A stretch of DNA of 61,251 nucleotides, filler included, from Dimargaris cristalligena (lineage: Eukaryota): the NCBI GenBank assembly GCA_003614675.1. It is 2 parts of 2 records of this genome, joined end to end, with 100 filler letters (N's around TTAATTAATTAA, not from the genome) between each part and the next. Parts side by side here need not be neighbours in the genome. Positions count along the whole stretch, not along the records: positions 1 to 30,576 come from ML002454.1; 1 more part is not named here. One strand, 5' to 3'. Of the stretch, positions 12,657 through 25,391 are shown one piece after another (position 1 is the first letter of the stretch; each line of letters starts with the position of its first letter). The notes beneath the pieces were generated by a model. The model did no database searches, was not told where the DNA came from, and worked only from the letters and a program-made list of their open reading frames with translations. Made by a program: the position numbers and the translations under genes.

Positions 12657-14881
12657 GGTGGCGAAAGTACAAATGTAATGGAGGACGGGGTGATCTATTA
12701 TTAGAGATGGTAGGTGGTGATATGTAGCTAGTGTAGGTAGTATAAGTAGATATTACAATACTGCAGTGTGTGCGGGGTAATTCAGGGGATCCCAGAATGA
12801 CGGTTATGATGAGGATGAAATGATGGCGAATGTGACAAATTTACTAGGGGGGTCGTTGGGCAGCTATTTATACTGTGAGGTTCTTCGGATTATGGCTGGT
12901 TTAAATTGGCTGAGAGGAGGCGCGACGAGTACTTAGTGGTAGGGCGGATGTTCATTCCTCAAGTTGAGTAGCCAATTTACGGCAACGGTGCCCTAGGAAG
13001 TACCGCCGAGCGGAAGCACCGGTTTTCCAACCACCGACACACCCTGGATGCTCAGTATTGGAAAAAGCCTTGCGGCAGGTCATAATTATGTCGATCCAAA
13101 TCCCCTATAAATTTAATCCGCCCCAGTTAACTTGGCCAGGGTTGAGTATTCCTGTTACTACAATGCCTTCGGGTGCGGATTGATGTGGCGTTTAACGCGA
13201 GAACCTTCCTGTCAACATGTATGTTGTTGTGCCTGATCGGCAATCTACAAAGAACGTCGATGGCCCAAAGTCCTGATTGTTAACCTTTGAGGTGGCATAA
13301 ATTAAAAGTCGCTACTATATGCTGGGGAAAATCGACCAGGATTTCAGTGCCCTAATATGTCTGGGATATGCCTTCTCCATAAAGTCTTACTGGACGCAGA
13401 TGATAGCTTCAACGATTTTGCGGGCCTTTTGGTGGTGCCCCATTACATTCAAACTGCAGACAGCCGTTATTTATAGCGACTAGTAGATAAAGAGCTGTAT
13501 TCAACAGCGATTTCGCCTAACAATACAGCTGCCTAAGAACCGAGTTACCATCCAGTATGAGTAAAGGGGCAATTCTCCTCACCATGGGGCCACTATCACT
13601 TTATCTGCGGATTTTGCTCTCAGACTCTTACTATTTTATTTTTCTTTAGTGGTTTCCAGCAGCTACTGCTGGGGTTCATTAGATTTGGCAATAAAAGCAC
13701 TATATCCTATAGTAGCTCTTTGTTATATATATAACCCTGCCTAATTGTCCCCATTATTCCAAAACAACGATCGAGTCTATCCCCAGAACCGTCTCATCCA
13801 AATTGGCGAACATCTCTCTTTCCACAAGTAGGGAGCCAGACTCGTGGGCTAGAGGCCGCGCTGAAAGAAAGGCAACTTCCTCTACCCGCATCCCCAAGGT
13901 ATCCCTGCTCGAGGCCAAAGTCCAACAGCAGTGCATTTGTAGGAAGGGAGGCGCTTGGGGATAAAGGCTATAGGTGACAAATAAACCAATCCCCATCAAC
14001 TGATTTGGTGAGGAGGGGAGTCGTTCGCCTGTATATCAAAAATAATTAATTTTACAAATTCAATATACGACGAAAGCCGAATATCCGACTGGATAGTTGG
14101 TGATCCCTTGCCCATTTTCTCGCATCAGTGTCGTCGACGATCTTCGAAGGGTATGGCACTCTCCTAGTTAAACGGCGTCCCTAATGGTGGTTAGGCTGTG
14201 TATGCTGCTCATATGTTGGGTTCCCTGCCCCTCCCCTTTCTCGCTTTCACCCCACATCTTGACATTTTGTACATATCTTCGATTCTTCAACCAAGATGAC
14301 CTTTTAGCTTATACTGTTCTCTTAACATCCATCATCCCCAATTCGCCTCCTCCTCTTACATACCAATTTAAGTGTCCGTATACTACAATCCTTAACATAG
14401 AAATCTAGGGGAAAATTAGTAGTGATATTCGCCTGCTTCTCTTTACATATTAGTTGGGGATTAAATTATTGGATATTGCAATTTACTGACTTGGTTGATT
14501 TACTCCGATTATTACTAACCTACTCTATTGCAGTGGCTAACCCCTCTTAGTTTGCTAAGAGTCCACATGGGTCAGCTTTTATCTGGTATGCCTTTGAGAA
14601 TACTCTTAACTAACTCATTATTGTTAATAGATGCCGTCGACGTTTGTTATTTTATTAGCGTTACTTATTACGCTGAATGGACAAGTCCACAGTCTGCAAT
14701 AACCGAAAAGTCGTCGCGCCCATGTGAAAAGAACACGGCACAGATAAAATTTTGACTGGAAAAATAGAATAAACCACTAGGGTCGGCTGGTAGGAAGGAA
14801 TAAAAGAAGGAGAAAGATATAGAAACAAATTTTTGCATGAAAATTTTTCCTTTCTACTTCAGGGAAAGGAATATTTTTACG

Positions 14882-16836
14882 GAAAATTTTTTCTTTCCCC
14901 TCTATTAACATAATGAGTTTTTAAAACAAATTACCCAACAGGTACAGGGACTAGTAATAAAGGGTGCCATGGACACATTTACTATTAATATTGGTGACAT
15001 ATGGTTCAACAGTGTTAGATTTGGTTTGTAAAACATGTGGGAAAAATATTTTTTACATTCATAGTCAATTCCTTAAAACAGGTTATATGATACATAGATG
15101 AGCTGAACTTTGCCTATATGTAAGTTTATAGAAAACATATTTTTAGGGTTGTGTTAGGAATTTAGGGATAATTACTAGACATCCCTTAATGGGTATGCCC
15201 TTTTAAGAAAAAATAATCCCATATTAATTATTAGGCAAAGCAATATAAGATAAGAATATTTGGGAGCATAATGGGTGTTGAATATAACTTCTTTTTCTAA
15301 GCCATTACTAGGAATAGCTACTGTTGGAACATCTAATCTACCTTAATCTGGCCAGCTTAGAGGCCCAACTATATTAGGACTTATCACACCATATTAGCTT
15401 TCTCATAGTCACACCTGGTACCATGGGATCTGTCTTAAATTATGGATATTCAGAGGATCTAATATCCCCCAGAGGGAATGAATCTTTATTTATAGGTAAT
15501 AATAGTGTTGGACCATCTAATCTGCCTTAATCTTGACACATTAGTGCCCATCCCTATTAGGCCTTATAGCACTATATTAACCTTCCCATGACTACCCCCA
15601 GTACTATAGGATTATCCTATATCTTATAACTGTTCCCCTTCTGGTTGTTGCCTTTTTGTACTAATCACTTAAGTGCTGATCCAAAGACTCTTCCAGTTAC
15701 CATTAGAGTCTTCTAGATACTAATAACTATCTGGTTGGCCTATTTACCTATATCTTAGTCTTAGTAGCACCCTGCCTTGGGACTTCCCTCTAGAGTTGCC
15801 CTCATATATATATAACCAGGCCCCATTGGGACTGGTTAGATTCTTTAGCTTATTCTTATCCCCCTTAGTTTATCCCAATAGACTCTATATACACTCACTC
15901 TCCTCATACTAACTAGTAAGTGTGCCCACAGCATATCCCTTGCCTATACCTACATTTAGCCTTTATTAGTTAGTACTGTGCCTGTACCTGATACTAGTAG
16001 CCTGCTTGGCTGAGCCTAAGCCCCACCTACCATTAGAAGCCTATCCTCGGGACTCTTGACAGGCTAAGAGTGGTTAGCCTGGGCAACACTACTTAAACTC
16101 CTAGTAAATTAAAAGTGGTTAGCTACTATGGTAGATGTGGGCTGAAAGGATATCCAAATCACTGACAAAGGTACAGATAATACAATCTGTCTTAAGCTAG
16201 ATCTAATAACCATGAGGGTTATTTAAAACTTCTAACTTGGGCTATTACCTGGGAAATAGGATAGTAAGTTCCCAATCCACTACCCAGATGCCAGTGAATA
16301 TCTTTTAGTATTGCTATCCCTATTCCTGGACAACCCATTAGTGACATCCTCATATACAAATACCCCCCCCTAGTTGAGGACCTACCATCACCCCCTCTTA
16401 TGCATACCCCATTAACTCTAATATACATATATAGCCACTCATCTGGATAGTACTATGTGTTTGGGGCCCCATATTGATAGCTCATTTGTTTTACCTTTTA
16501 AACAGGTCAAATTCAAAGTGGCTCCCATAGGTGTATATATTAAACAGTATATCCCTATAGATCAATAAAGTATTAGAGTGCCTTATTTCCACAACACACA
16601 GTGGCTGTCATAATATAAGTTTTATTGGACTGATATTCCATACCATAGTTACTATGCCCACCATTTGTAGTATCCATCTATATGCACAGTTTACCCTCTA
16701 TATCTCATGCTGAACTCTGTATTTCAATACTTGTGTTATTCAGAAATCAATAACTAATTACACCTTTGTTTCTGTGTATTATTGGTATGTCATTATACTG
16801 CTACCTCCATGCTAGTGTATGCCACTTATTGGTTAG
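14882..16836. repeat. CpG-depleted degenerate repeat or TE relic with an internal direct repeat
   Basis: I counted one CpG (16048) in ~1.95 kb. 15310-15430 and 15495-15615 are diverged direct copies (CATCTAATCTRCCTTAATCT..TATTAGG.CTTAT). Confidence 0.6.
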
Positions 16837-17189
16837 CGTGTTTGTAACCCCAATAGCCTATCTTTATTTGATGAGTTCAAAGCCCATTGCCTATCATTGC
16901 CAAAGCAGATACACAGTTATATGCCAGTTTACTGAAAGCATCCACGCCTGCTATCTTTCTAAAGGTATTTTTTATATTCCCGACTTCGTCAGATATGGTG
17001 CTCTCACTGCTGATAGGGCTAAAAAACTGGTTACTGTTTAGTAGACCCACAATCGCGTAGACCAGTACTACCCCATTTTAGCCCTTGGTTAAACATGCAC
17101 TGTTTATATATTTAGAAAAATGGACTTCATTATGTAAAATACCAGTGTAAAACAGTTATAAAGGCTGAAGCAGACTTGGGCAGGAGTAG

Positions 17190-17332
17190 ATTGGGGAGGT
17201 TTGGTCCTGCTGTATATACCGAAAACCCATTGGATACAAGTAATATTACTCGACTTGAATGATATTACCATCTAATCACCCATGTTCAGTTTATCCAATA
17301 GCCCTTACAGTTCGGTGGAATTTCGCCCACGT
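17190..17332 (-). repeat. Highly degenerate copy of the 144-bp element
   Basis: GCTGTATA..AAAACCCATTGGAT..AATATTACT..GAATTTCGCCCAC matches the reverse complement of the family. Confidence 0.4.
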
Positions 17333-19841
17333 CTTGTATGATTGTTTAAAGGACAGGCGACTTTGTGTCCACAATCATGTCTAGTATGGTTATTCCAAAT
17401 CTTATGAAACAATTAGAATATTGGCATTGAAGTGGATAGACCTTGCCCCTGCCTAGACACATCATGTATGCCGTACCCTCTGCATCGCCGTGGTTCCTTT
17501 ATTGGCCCATGGGGTCACGCGTTTAATAAAATTATTATTATTTAATCTTACCCCATCCGCAGGCGCTTTTTAAATCAGCAATTAGATGATTTCTGAAGCT
17601 TGATCTAACCACATAATACAATAACAATACACTGTGCATATAACCAAATGGTTCTGGTAGACTGATGTGTATCTGTGGCAGATTGCTTATACACTTTGCC
17701 CTGATCGTTCACCCATGATAAATCACAATAGAAACCATAGGCATCATTATAAAAGCTTTAATCTGTTTATGACCAGTTTTTCTTTATATGAACTGATTCA
17801 AGCCAGGCAATTTATCATAGGCAACAATGTCTCCTGATTGAATGTGCCCATTTGAAAAAGTGATTGGCCTTTTTTGGTGGTGATGACCAGTCACTCGGTT
17901 GACAACAAAGGCAGAATCACACCCACTTAATTGTACCTGTTACATGGCGGAACTAGCAAAGAGTAGTCCTCGGAAGCCTCCCCTTCTAGATAATACTGAC
18001 GAACTCCTTTGGTACTTTAACATTAGATGGATTGGAATACCTGCTAAACTGAACAGCCGGTCTAGTCTTGACTATTAAGTCACCGACCTTCGTATATAAC
18101 CCATACCCTCACCCCGCAGCAATAAGGGTATTATTAAACTCGCACTTACCATCTACTACTTTGACCAGGATATGCTATTGGCTTGCATTGCTGGATCGTC
18201 TGTTTTAGTCCAATATTTCGCCTTCCCCACCCCCTAACAGATTCCAAAACTCACCGCCCACTGCCCACCAACCCATTTCCGTAATCGTAAAACAAATAAG
18301 CATGCTTATTGAGAATATTATCGGCGAAATGTGCCACGTATTCGTCCATCGTACGGCAGTAAACTACTATTATTATATTGTGACCATTACCTATTCTGGC
18401 ATTACCAACTAAAGACACAGTGGCATCACTCTGTTTTAATCCTCCCCGGATGACTCCACCGCTCTCAAGATCCACATAGCCCACTCGACTGGGCTGACTA
18501 ACCATCAGGATATATATATATAGAAGTGCTAATAATATTTGGATCATTGCTACGTATGTGTATATAAATCCATAATTATACGTTGGTCTGCACCTTGCTT
18601 TAATTCTGGGCTTTTAGATTGGATTGAATTTTATTATCGGAATAATATCGAGGAAGCATACGTTGCGGAGGTCACCGAGTTAGACGAAGATACCGATACA
18701 GTCACCTTGGCCATTCTAGAAGGAGATGTCGTTACTGTGAAGGGCGCTGATATTCTTTTTGCCTATATATTTCATTATTGCGAATAAATAAGTAGGTCGT
18801 AACGGAAACTAAACCGCCCCTCACCCTAACCCCTTGCGCAGATTAATGTTGGTTCCGCCTAAAAAATAGGTGTACCTGCTGACCCGGCATCAATCATAAA
18901 ATCGGGTGACGACTTTCAAGTATAGGTTTCCCTTCCCCCTTCCTCCCTTAAAACCGGATGGGTATCCCCCGTGACTCCGATTCTGTCCCACATATTGACT
19001 AGTTCCATAGAGCCAAAATAAATCAATTAATATAATAATTTTCTAAACATTTGGCTGATGTATATATCTTATTGAATCAACCTACTTTAGCAATATCGAG
19101 GCATCCAAGCGAATTGTATACGCATTGCTGCCTACATTTGGATTTGGGTGACAACTTTGTGCCTTTTATCGGGTCTGGCCGAATGACCGAAAAATACCTA
19201 TAATAGGTGGCAGCGGCCATGTAGGGTTGGGCAGCAGCATTGTTGCGGACACATCCTCATAGGGTAGGTCAAGTGTAAAGTCATCATTTTCGGTGGAGTG
19301 GACTTAGTACCATGTCAGCTGATAACCTAGTGGAGGTTGTGACAGATCAGGCGACTATACGCCCCGAGTCACCTGGAAGTGTGGCCCTTGCTCACCCAAA
19401 TTAAGCCCTCCATCAGCTGCCAACATCTCTTCCCCCCCCCCCCACACACATATCCTATACCCTTTGATTAACGGTCAAGGGGTCACATCACCCTCTGCCC
19501 CTTATCGATCATCTACAGTGGTCTATTTAAGCGCACCGCTCCTGGCCCTGAATAAAGTCCTACTGCGAATTTAGCGAACTTTTTGGGCTGAATGGGCCAT
19601 CAAACATGCCATGTGCCTTGGGGATATATATATATAACTCTTACCCAAGACTGCCGGAATGGGCGGACTGGATTTAATATTATTCTAATGAATGGAGATT
19701 CTATATATAGTTGGCGATCCAGGTTAGATACCCCCCCCCTTCTGCAACCATAAGTAGTCACAGTTGACTTCTCCGAGCCAACCTTTAAAAGTTTTTTAAA
19801 CTACGCTTTGAAGCATTTGCGTTCCTTTTCCTAAGCAACTA

Positions 19842-20771
19842 ATGTTCGACCCTGACAGTATCAACGCCCTGGTGTCATTCGACGTTACCATTTTCCTACA
19901 ATTCCTCGCTTTGTTAGTGGTGGCCGGGCCCTTGGCCTTCCGCTCCATTGCGTGGCTATACAACTGGGAGCGCCGGGCGAAAAACGGGGTTCACCATTTC
20001 CAAGATGCCGCCCAACTCGTTGGATACGCGTACATTGTGTTCACCCTGGGAAATTACACCCATACTCTATCGCGGTGGACGGTTCTGGGCTACGGTGTTG
20101 GCATTCTGGGCTGGGGTTTATTAGGCGAACTCCCGTTCATGAAGGTGAGTTTACCCACTTGGCGAACCTGGTCCTGGGGCGCCTGGGTCATGAACCTCAC
20201 CGCTGCGGGCATTGTGATGGGGTTTGGAGTTGTGCATTTTAACTGGGCTGACCAAGACCAGACGCTGGGGCCCTTGTATCTGTCGGGCCTCTTGGTGGCC
20301 ACCGGTTTCGTTTGGCTGGGGGTCCTGGTTTCTACTTACGAGACTCGGTATGCTATTCCCTGGCGGACTCACCGACATGGCCGGAATCCCCAACATCCTC
20401 TGGGCCAGTATCAGTCACTAGCAGCCGCCGGAGTCTCAACCAACTCAAATGCCGCCGTGCCCTTGCCTTCACCGCCACCCAAGCCCATTGGCCATTTCAC
20501 AGAGTCCACCTGGGCGAAGTTATGGTGGGCCATCAACCCCTGGCGTAACTTCTGGGCCCGTTACAAAGCCTGGCAGACGGAGGACCCCAATCCCCGTCTC
20601 CTGGAACCCCACCGTATCCATTTACACCATTGGCAAATATTCTACATTTTGGCGTTCTTTACCCGGTTCTCCAATCCCGTATCACAAGTTTGTGCTGGAC
20701 TGGCCTTGGGTATATCCGGTCATGGAATCGCGGCTTACGGGTTTGATCCACTATTAGAAGTGGGCAACTAG
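19842..20771 (+). CDS. Intronless multi-pass membrane protein with an HLHHW motif, function unknown (309 aa)
   Basis: Long ORF with C-ending codon bias, about 6-7 hydrophobic segments and the C-terminal block HRIHLHHWQIFYILAFFTRF...GHGIAAYGFDPL. Confidence 0.85.
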   Translation: MFDPDSINALVSFDVTIFLQFLALLVVAGPLAFRSIAWLYNWERRAKNGVHHFQDAAQLVGYAYIVFTLGNYTHTLSRWTVLGYGVGILGWGLLGELPFMKVSLPTWRTWSWGAWVMNLTAAGIVMGFGVVHFNWADQDQTLGPLYLSGLLVATGFVWLGVLVSTYETRYAIPWRTHRHGRNPQHPLGQYQSLAAAGVSTNSNAAVPLPSPPPKPIGHFTESTWAKLWWAINPWRNFWARYKAWQTEDPNPRLLEPHRIHLHHWQIFYILAFFTRFSNPVSQVCAGLALGISGHGIAAYGFDPLLEVGN

Positions 20772-21292
20772 AAAACGGGACTAAATGTATTCAACCAGCG
20801 TGTATGCCATATTGGTTAAGTCCCTGTAGCTGCATGACAACTTAGTCTCGCACCAACGTATCTCCACATCCCAATAACAGGGGTAAATTGTTGGGCCATA
20901 CATAAGCATCGTATTAGAATCATATTGGACACCAATTGGTGTAACGATACAACAGCGAATACGGCACAGGTGCCCGTTATCCAGAGAGATTATGAGAGAA
21001 ATTCTTAATGACAATATAACATGTCTATCAAATCCGAATTTAATACTCGCTTAATGATATTTATTTAACAATCTAACACCTTATCGGTCAACATAAATAA
21101 ACAATTACACCCACGACATTAGCAAGGACGTGATGGGCACAATTAAGTATTGGAACAAAACAATAAACGGACGCAGGGAATCTAGTAGCGCGGTTGGCGA
21201 AGATACATACACAAGGGTCGTGAAAACATGACACATTAGTAACGGTAGAGCTCCATAACCAGTTATTCCATTCAATTGAAATCGCATGGAAA

Positions 21293-21386
21293 AGCGGTCA
21301 GCCAAAAAGAATATTGCCAAATTAAAGGGTTATCGTCAATAGAAGTGTAAACCCCTTTGGACTCGTCTTCTAAATCATCACTCGCG
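21293..21386 (-). ncRNA. Candidate box C/D snoRNA in the intron (21450-21182) of a non-coding host transcript
   Basis: Box C GTGATGA (21381-21375), C'-like TGACGA (21338-21333) and box D CTGA (21301-21298), with GCG/CGC flanks. GTAAGT donor, TACTAAT branch point, CTAG acceptor and upstream TATTTAAA. Confidence 0.7.
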
Positions 21387-22133
21387 CACTACCGACAGCA
21401 AAAAATAAATGAATAATGGTACAAAGGCAAAGGGATGCGGAGATACTTACTGTGTAAATAAATAGGTACAGGAATACAATAATCAAAAAGAGAGCAGAAG
21501 AAGTATAATAAGGAGAGCTCCCTAAGAGAAACGGATTGAGTTTAAATACGAGGCAAGGCCAACCCGCCCAATGGGGGTGAATAAGAGAATATCAGAAGGC
21601 CACTTAGGGCAATCTGAATTTTGGATATTTCTGACTGGAACGCAGAATGGGTAAATGGTCATGTGATGTCACCTGACTTAGGATAATACCCCCGCCTGGA
21701 TCCATAAGCTCTGCTATTTTTCCTCACCAATTGCCTTCACCATAATATATCTCTCCTTAAGTATTTTTTTCACACGCTATCGAGTTACTGACGAATGCGG
21801 TGGTGGATCGGAATTGAACATGATATCACACCTGGAGAACTCCCCTACTGAACTTGCCAGCCGCTAAGTGTAGATATGAACTACCCCAATCGAGTACGCG
21901 AGCTGTAGAAAAAAAACTTTATTGGGGTATGTACCATTCGACTCAGGCAGCCAGGTATTCGTTTTGGAATATAATTAAATAAAGGGTATATAGAAGGTAC
22001 TATTCGTATGGGTGGGGTTGGCGAGTTGAAGTTGGAGCAATAAGTAATATACTGGAGCATTGATCGAATATGAACAAAGGGTTAAAAATAATATGGGAGG
22101 GGTATTCCTCCCCCTCCTCTACTTCTATTCGAT

Positions 22134-23599
22134 TTAGATCAGCGAATCGTATTTGCGGTAGTATTCCTCCACCTCCAGCACATCCTCGGAGCTACCCAAG
22201 AAAATGGGGGAACGGGCGTGGATATCACTGGGCACTACCTCGAGCATACGAACCTTACCGGTGGTGGCGCGACCACCGGCCTGCTCGATGATCATGGCCA
22301 TGGGGAAGCACTCGTATAAAATGCGGAGTTTGCCGTCCTTGGACTTCTTATCGGCGGGGTAAGCGAAAATACCGCCGTACAGGAGGGTACGGTGGATATC
22401 GGCCACCATGGAACCGATGTAACGGGCCGAATAGGGTTTCCGGGCGGGGTCCTTGGGGAACTTGACGCTATCGAAGTAGTGCTTGCAGGCGTCATCCCAG
22501 TACAAGGCGTTACCCTCGTTGACGGAGTAGATCTTGGCACGGGAGGGAATCCGGATGTTGGGGTGGGTCAGGATGAACTCACCGAGGGAAGTGTCCAGGG
22601 TATAGCCATTGACACCGCTACCCGTGGTTAGCACCATGTTACAGGAACTGCCGTACATACAGTAGCCGGCGGCGACCATTTCGGTACCGGGGCAGAGGAC
22701 GTCCTTGAGCTCGGCGCTGGGGAAGTTATCCTATAGGGGATGGGGTAACATTAGAAATAGAAATAGTAAGGGCCGGTATTAGCAACACAAGAAAGGGTTA
22801 GTAGGGTTGAGGTTTGGCTGGCTAGACTATGACGTATATACCAAAGGGGGCTAGGCTATTTAATGAGCGGTATTGTGGATATGCAGGGACCCCAGCGCAT
22901 ACATCATAGACCAGACATGTGGTCTAGTAGTTAGAGGGAGGAACCACACGCATAGACACTTACAAGCTTGTAGATGCCGAAAATAGTGCCGACATTAACA
23001 CCGGCGTCGATGTTGCTGCTGCCGTCCAGGGGATCGAAGGTCACGCAGTATTTGCCCTGAAGGCCCTCTTCCACGAAGATGGCGTTGTCGATTTCTTCGG
23101 AAACCATGATGGAGACCTTACCACTGTTGCGGAGGGCGTTGACGAACATTTCGTTGGCTAACACATCCAGTTTCTTGACGTCCTCGCCCTGAATGTTGGT
23201 CTGGTTCGCCAGGCCGGTTCTGCATGAAGAGAGAGAGGGTAAGCGGTAGAGGGGGGGGAATACTAATGGTCGGGTAGTTAGAAAATGAGAGAGAGACTGT
23301 GTGTGTATGCGTATAGGCGGGTAGAGTATGCTGGCTGACACGGCCAAAAATAAGGTGAAAGTAGCGGTAGAGTCAACCGCCATGGACTAATTAGGTTTAA
23401 GCGGGTGGCCTGGAGAGGAGTAAGCTACTTACAAATACACCAAAGCGGCCTTGCGCACACAGCTCTCGACGAACTTGCAGCCGAGCTGAATAGCGGTGAG
23501 CAGCAGGGTAAGGTCACCGGTGGCGTCCTTGTGCTGGTACTGCTCGGTGAGCACATGGCGGGTCAGGGTGATGATGTTGGTCTTGGTGTGGTCAGCCAT
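22134..23599 (-). CDS. FBP1: Fructose-1,6-bisphosphatase; exons 23599-23433, 23219-22964, 22730-22134
   Basis: Motifs GEDVKKLDVLANE, FDPLDGSSNIDAGVNVGTIFGIY, ARYIGSMVADIHRTLLYGGIFAYP and GKLRILYECFPMA. Confidence 0.97.
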
Positions 23600-24833
23600 G
23601 GCGGATGGGAATGTGGGGTAGGGAACTAAAGAGGGGGAGTAAGTGTAGGTGAAGTCAAAGTAGTACTAGTAAACGGGAGTAAGAAGGAAAAGAAGGAGGA
23701 TAGTTGGGGAATGATTTTAGCGAGTCACAAAGGCGGGCGGGTGGGTATATAAGTAGTAGTGGAGTGGACGAGGCGGGTGGAAGAACATGAGACATTAGGG
23801 CGGCTTATAGTCAGAAATTGGTGGAGCTCGTCGTGGGTGTGACTGGCGTTTGGGCCCATGTGAACGGGTGCTGGGAAGGGCGCCACTACACTACTGAATT
23901 ATTGAGAGGCATTGGAGACTTTCATGAGGGCCAGCAATAGTAGTGTGCTGAGGCCAGGTTAGGCAAGATGCCCCGGAACGCCGCTGTGAACCTTCTCCCC
24001 ATGACTACCTGTACGGGTGAACCCGGGTCCCTGGCAGCTGACTTTTACCACAGTAGGCCGTCTAAATATACCTGGTTGCAGAGGGAAGAGTATTGGGTGT
24101 GCCCTCTCTCTCCGCTGCTGTTAGGGTTGGCTGATTCTGGACCAGTTGGCTAGTTGTCAAGCGACTTCCATAATAGGACATGAATGGTATAGGTAGGCCG
24201 CTATCTAATGATCCCGAAAACTAAACTAACCAACCAACCACATTAGCCTCCATTTCCCCACACTACTTTCCGGGGTTATCCCCTGTCATTCCGTTGGTTC
24301 CAGGCATGTCAGCTAATATATTTAATAATCACCTAACTGGCCGTAATTAATAGGGCCAAGCAAGACCCCCTCTAGCCCTAACTCTAACCTAACTCCGAAC
24401 ACCCCACATACCCATCTTGGGCTCCTCCAATCGACTAATTAATGTATATTCATACTTCCTTCCAGTCAACGCCCGTCCATTCACTATCAGGGCAATCGGC
24501 AATATAAAAATAGAATATGTTGCTGATATATCTATTAGGGCCAGCGAGCCAACCGTATAAGTCAAGCCAAAGCTAGGCCAGGGTGTTTTACAAGGAGGGA
24601 AGGAGCAGGAAAGAACAAAACGAAAAAGCTATATAGGCAAGATTCAAGAGGTAAAACAAGGAAACCATACAGTAATCAGCCGTAAGATGTTCACAATCCA
24701 TACATAATAAAAAAGCGAATGATAGATGATGACAGTGTAGAAAAATAGGTACAGTGGGGTAAGGTGAGTATGTCAATGATTCGGTGGTGGTGGTGGAGGT
24801 GAAGAAGACCTCTCTATCTATCTCTTAATACTG

Positions 24834-25391
24834 TTAGGAAGATAGGTGACCCGCTGCCTTCTTAGTATAGCGCGGCATCCGCTCGTACTCGTTGGGAGGG
24901 GGTAGACTGGGCTGTTTCCCAGCTGCCGAACCCTCGCCATTATGTCGGTGGTGGTTGTGGTGGTGACCGCAGGCTTCGTTCCCTTCGGAACCCGAGCCAT
25001 GGGAATCGTCGGATTCGTCCGAGTCCGATTCGTCAAAACGACGGGCCTTCTTGAAGATACAGCATACTTTGGACTTCTTGCGGTTCAGCGACTCGTTGTC
25101 AACCACGCCGTCGTCCCAACGGACGCGGGGTCGGGACCGACCAGGGGTAGTCTCGGCGCGCAGGTGAAGCACACCTGGGAAACGGTGGGGTTGGTCTTCG
25201 GCGGCACCCGAGCTAGAGGCGGCGGCGGCGGCAGCATCACCACCCGCCGGAGGGTCGGGCTGGGTAGCCGGTTCGGTGAGGGTCATGGTCCGCGAACCAT
25301 GGGTGGGATTCCGCATTTGTTCCCCCCGGAGGCGGCTACCGGCCAGAGTATGGTGGACCTGGGGTGACTCGCTGGTTGGTAGGTTGAACAT
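24834..25391 (-). CDS. YPI1: Protein phosphatase 1 inhibitor-3 (Ypi1/PPP1R11)
   Basis: [27 protein letters not shown] contains the RVxW motif, followed by an acidic tract and C-terminal PNEYERMP. Confidence 0.93.
   Translation of the reverse strand: MFNLPTSESPQVHHTLAGSRLRGEQMRNPTHGSRTMTLTEPATQPDPPAGGDAAAAAASSSGAAEDQPHRFPGVLHLRAETTPGRSRPRVRWDDGVVDNESLNRKKSKVCCIFKKARRFDESDSDESDDSHGSGSEGNEACGHHHNHHRHNGEGSAAGKQPSLPPPNEYERMPRYTKKAAGHLSS

Noticed and set aside
17944-18787. Coding-like fragments ending EEAYVAEVTELDEDTDTVTLAILEGDVVTVKG
   Set aside because: Could be a pseudogene remnant, but I could not build a consistent exon chain or recognise a family.
24371-24400. CCCTAACTCTAACCTAAC telomere-like sequence
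   Set aside because: Short, degenerate and outside any structured context.
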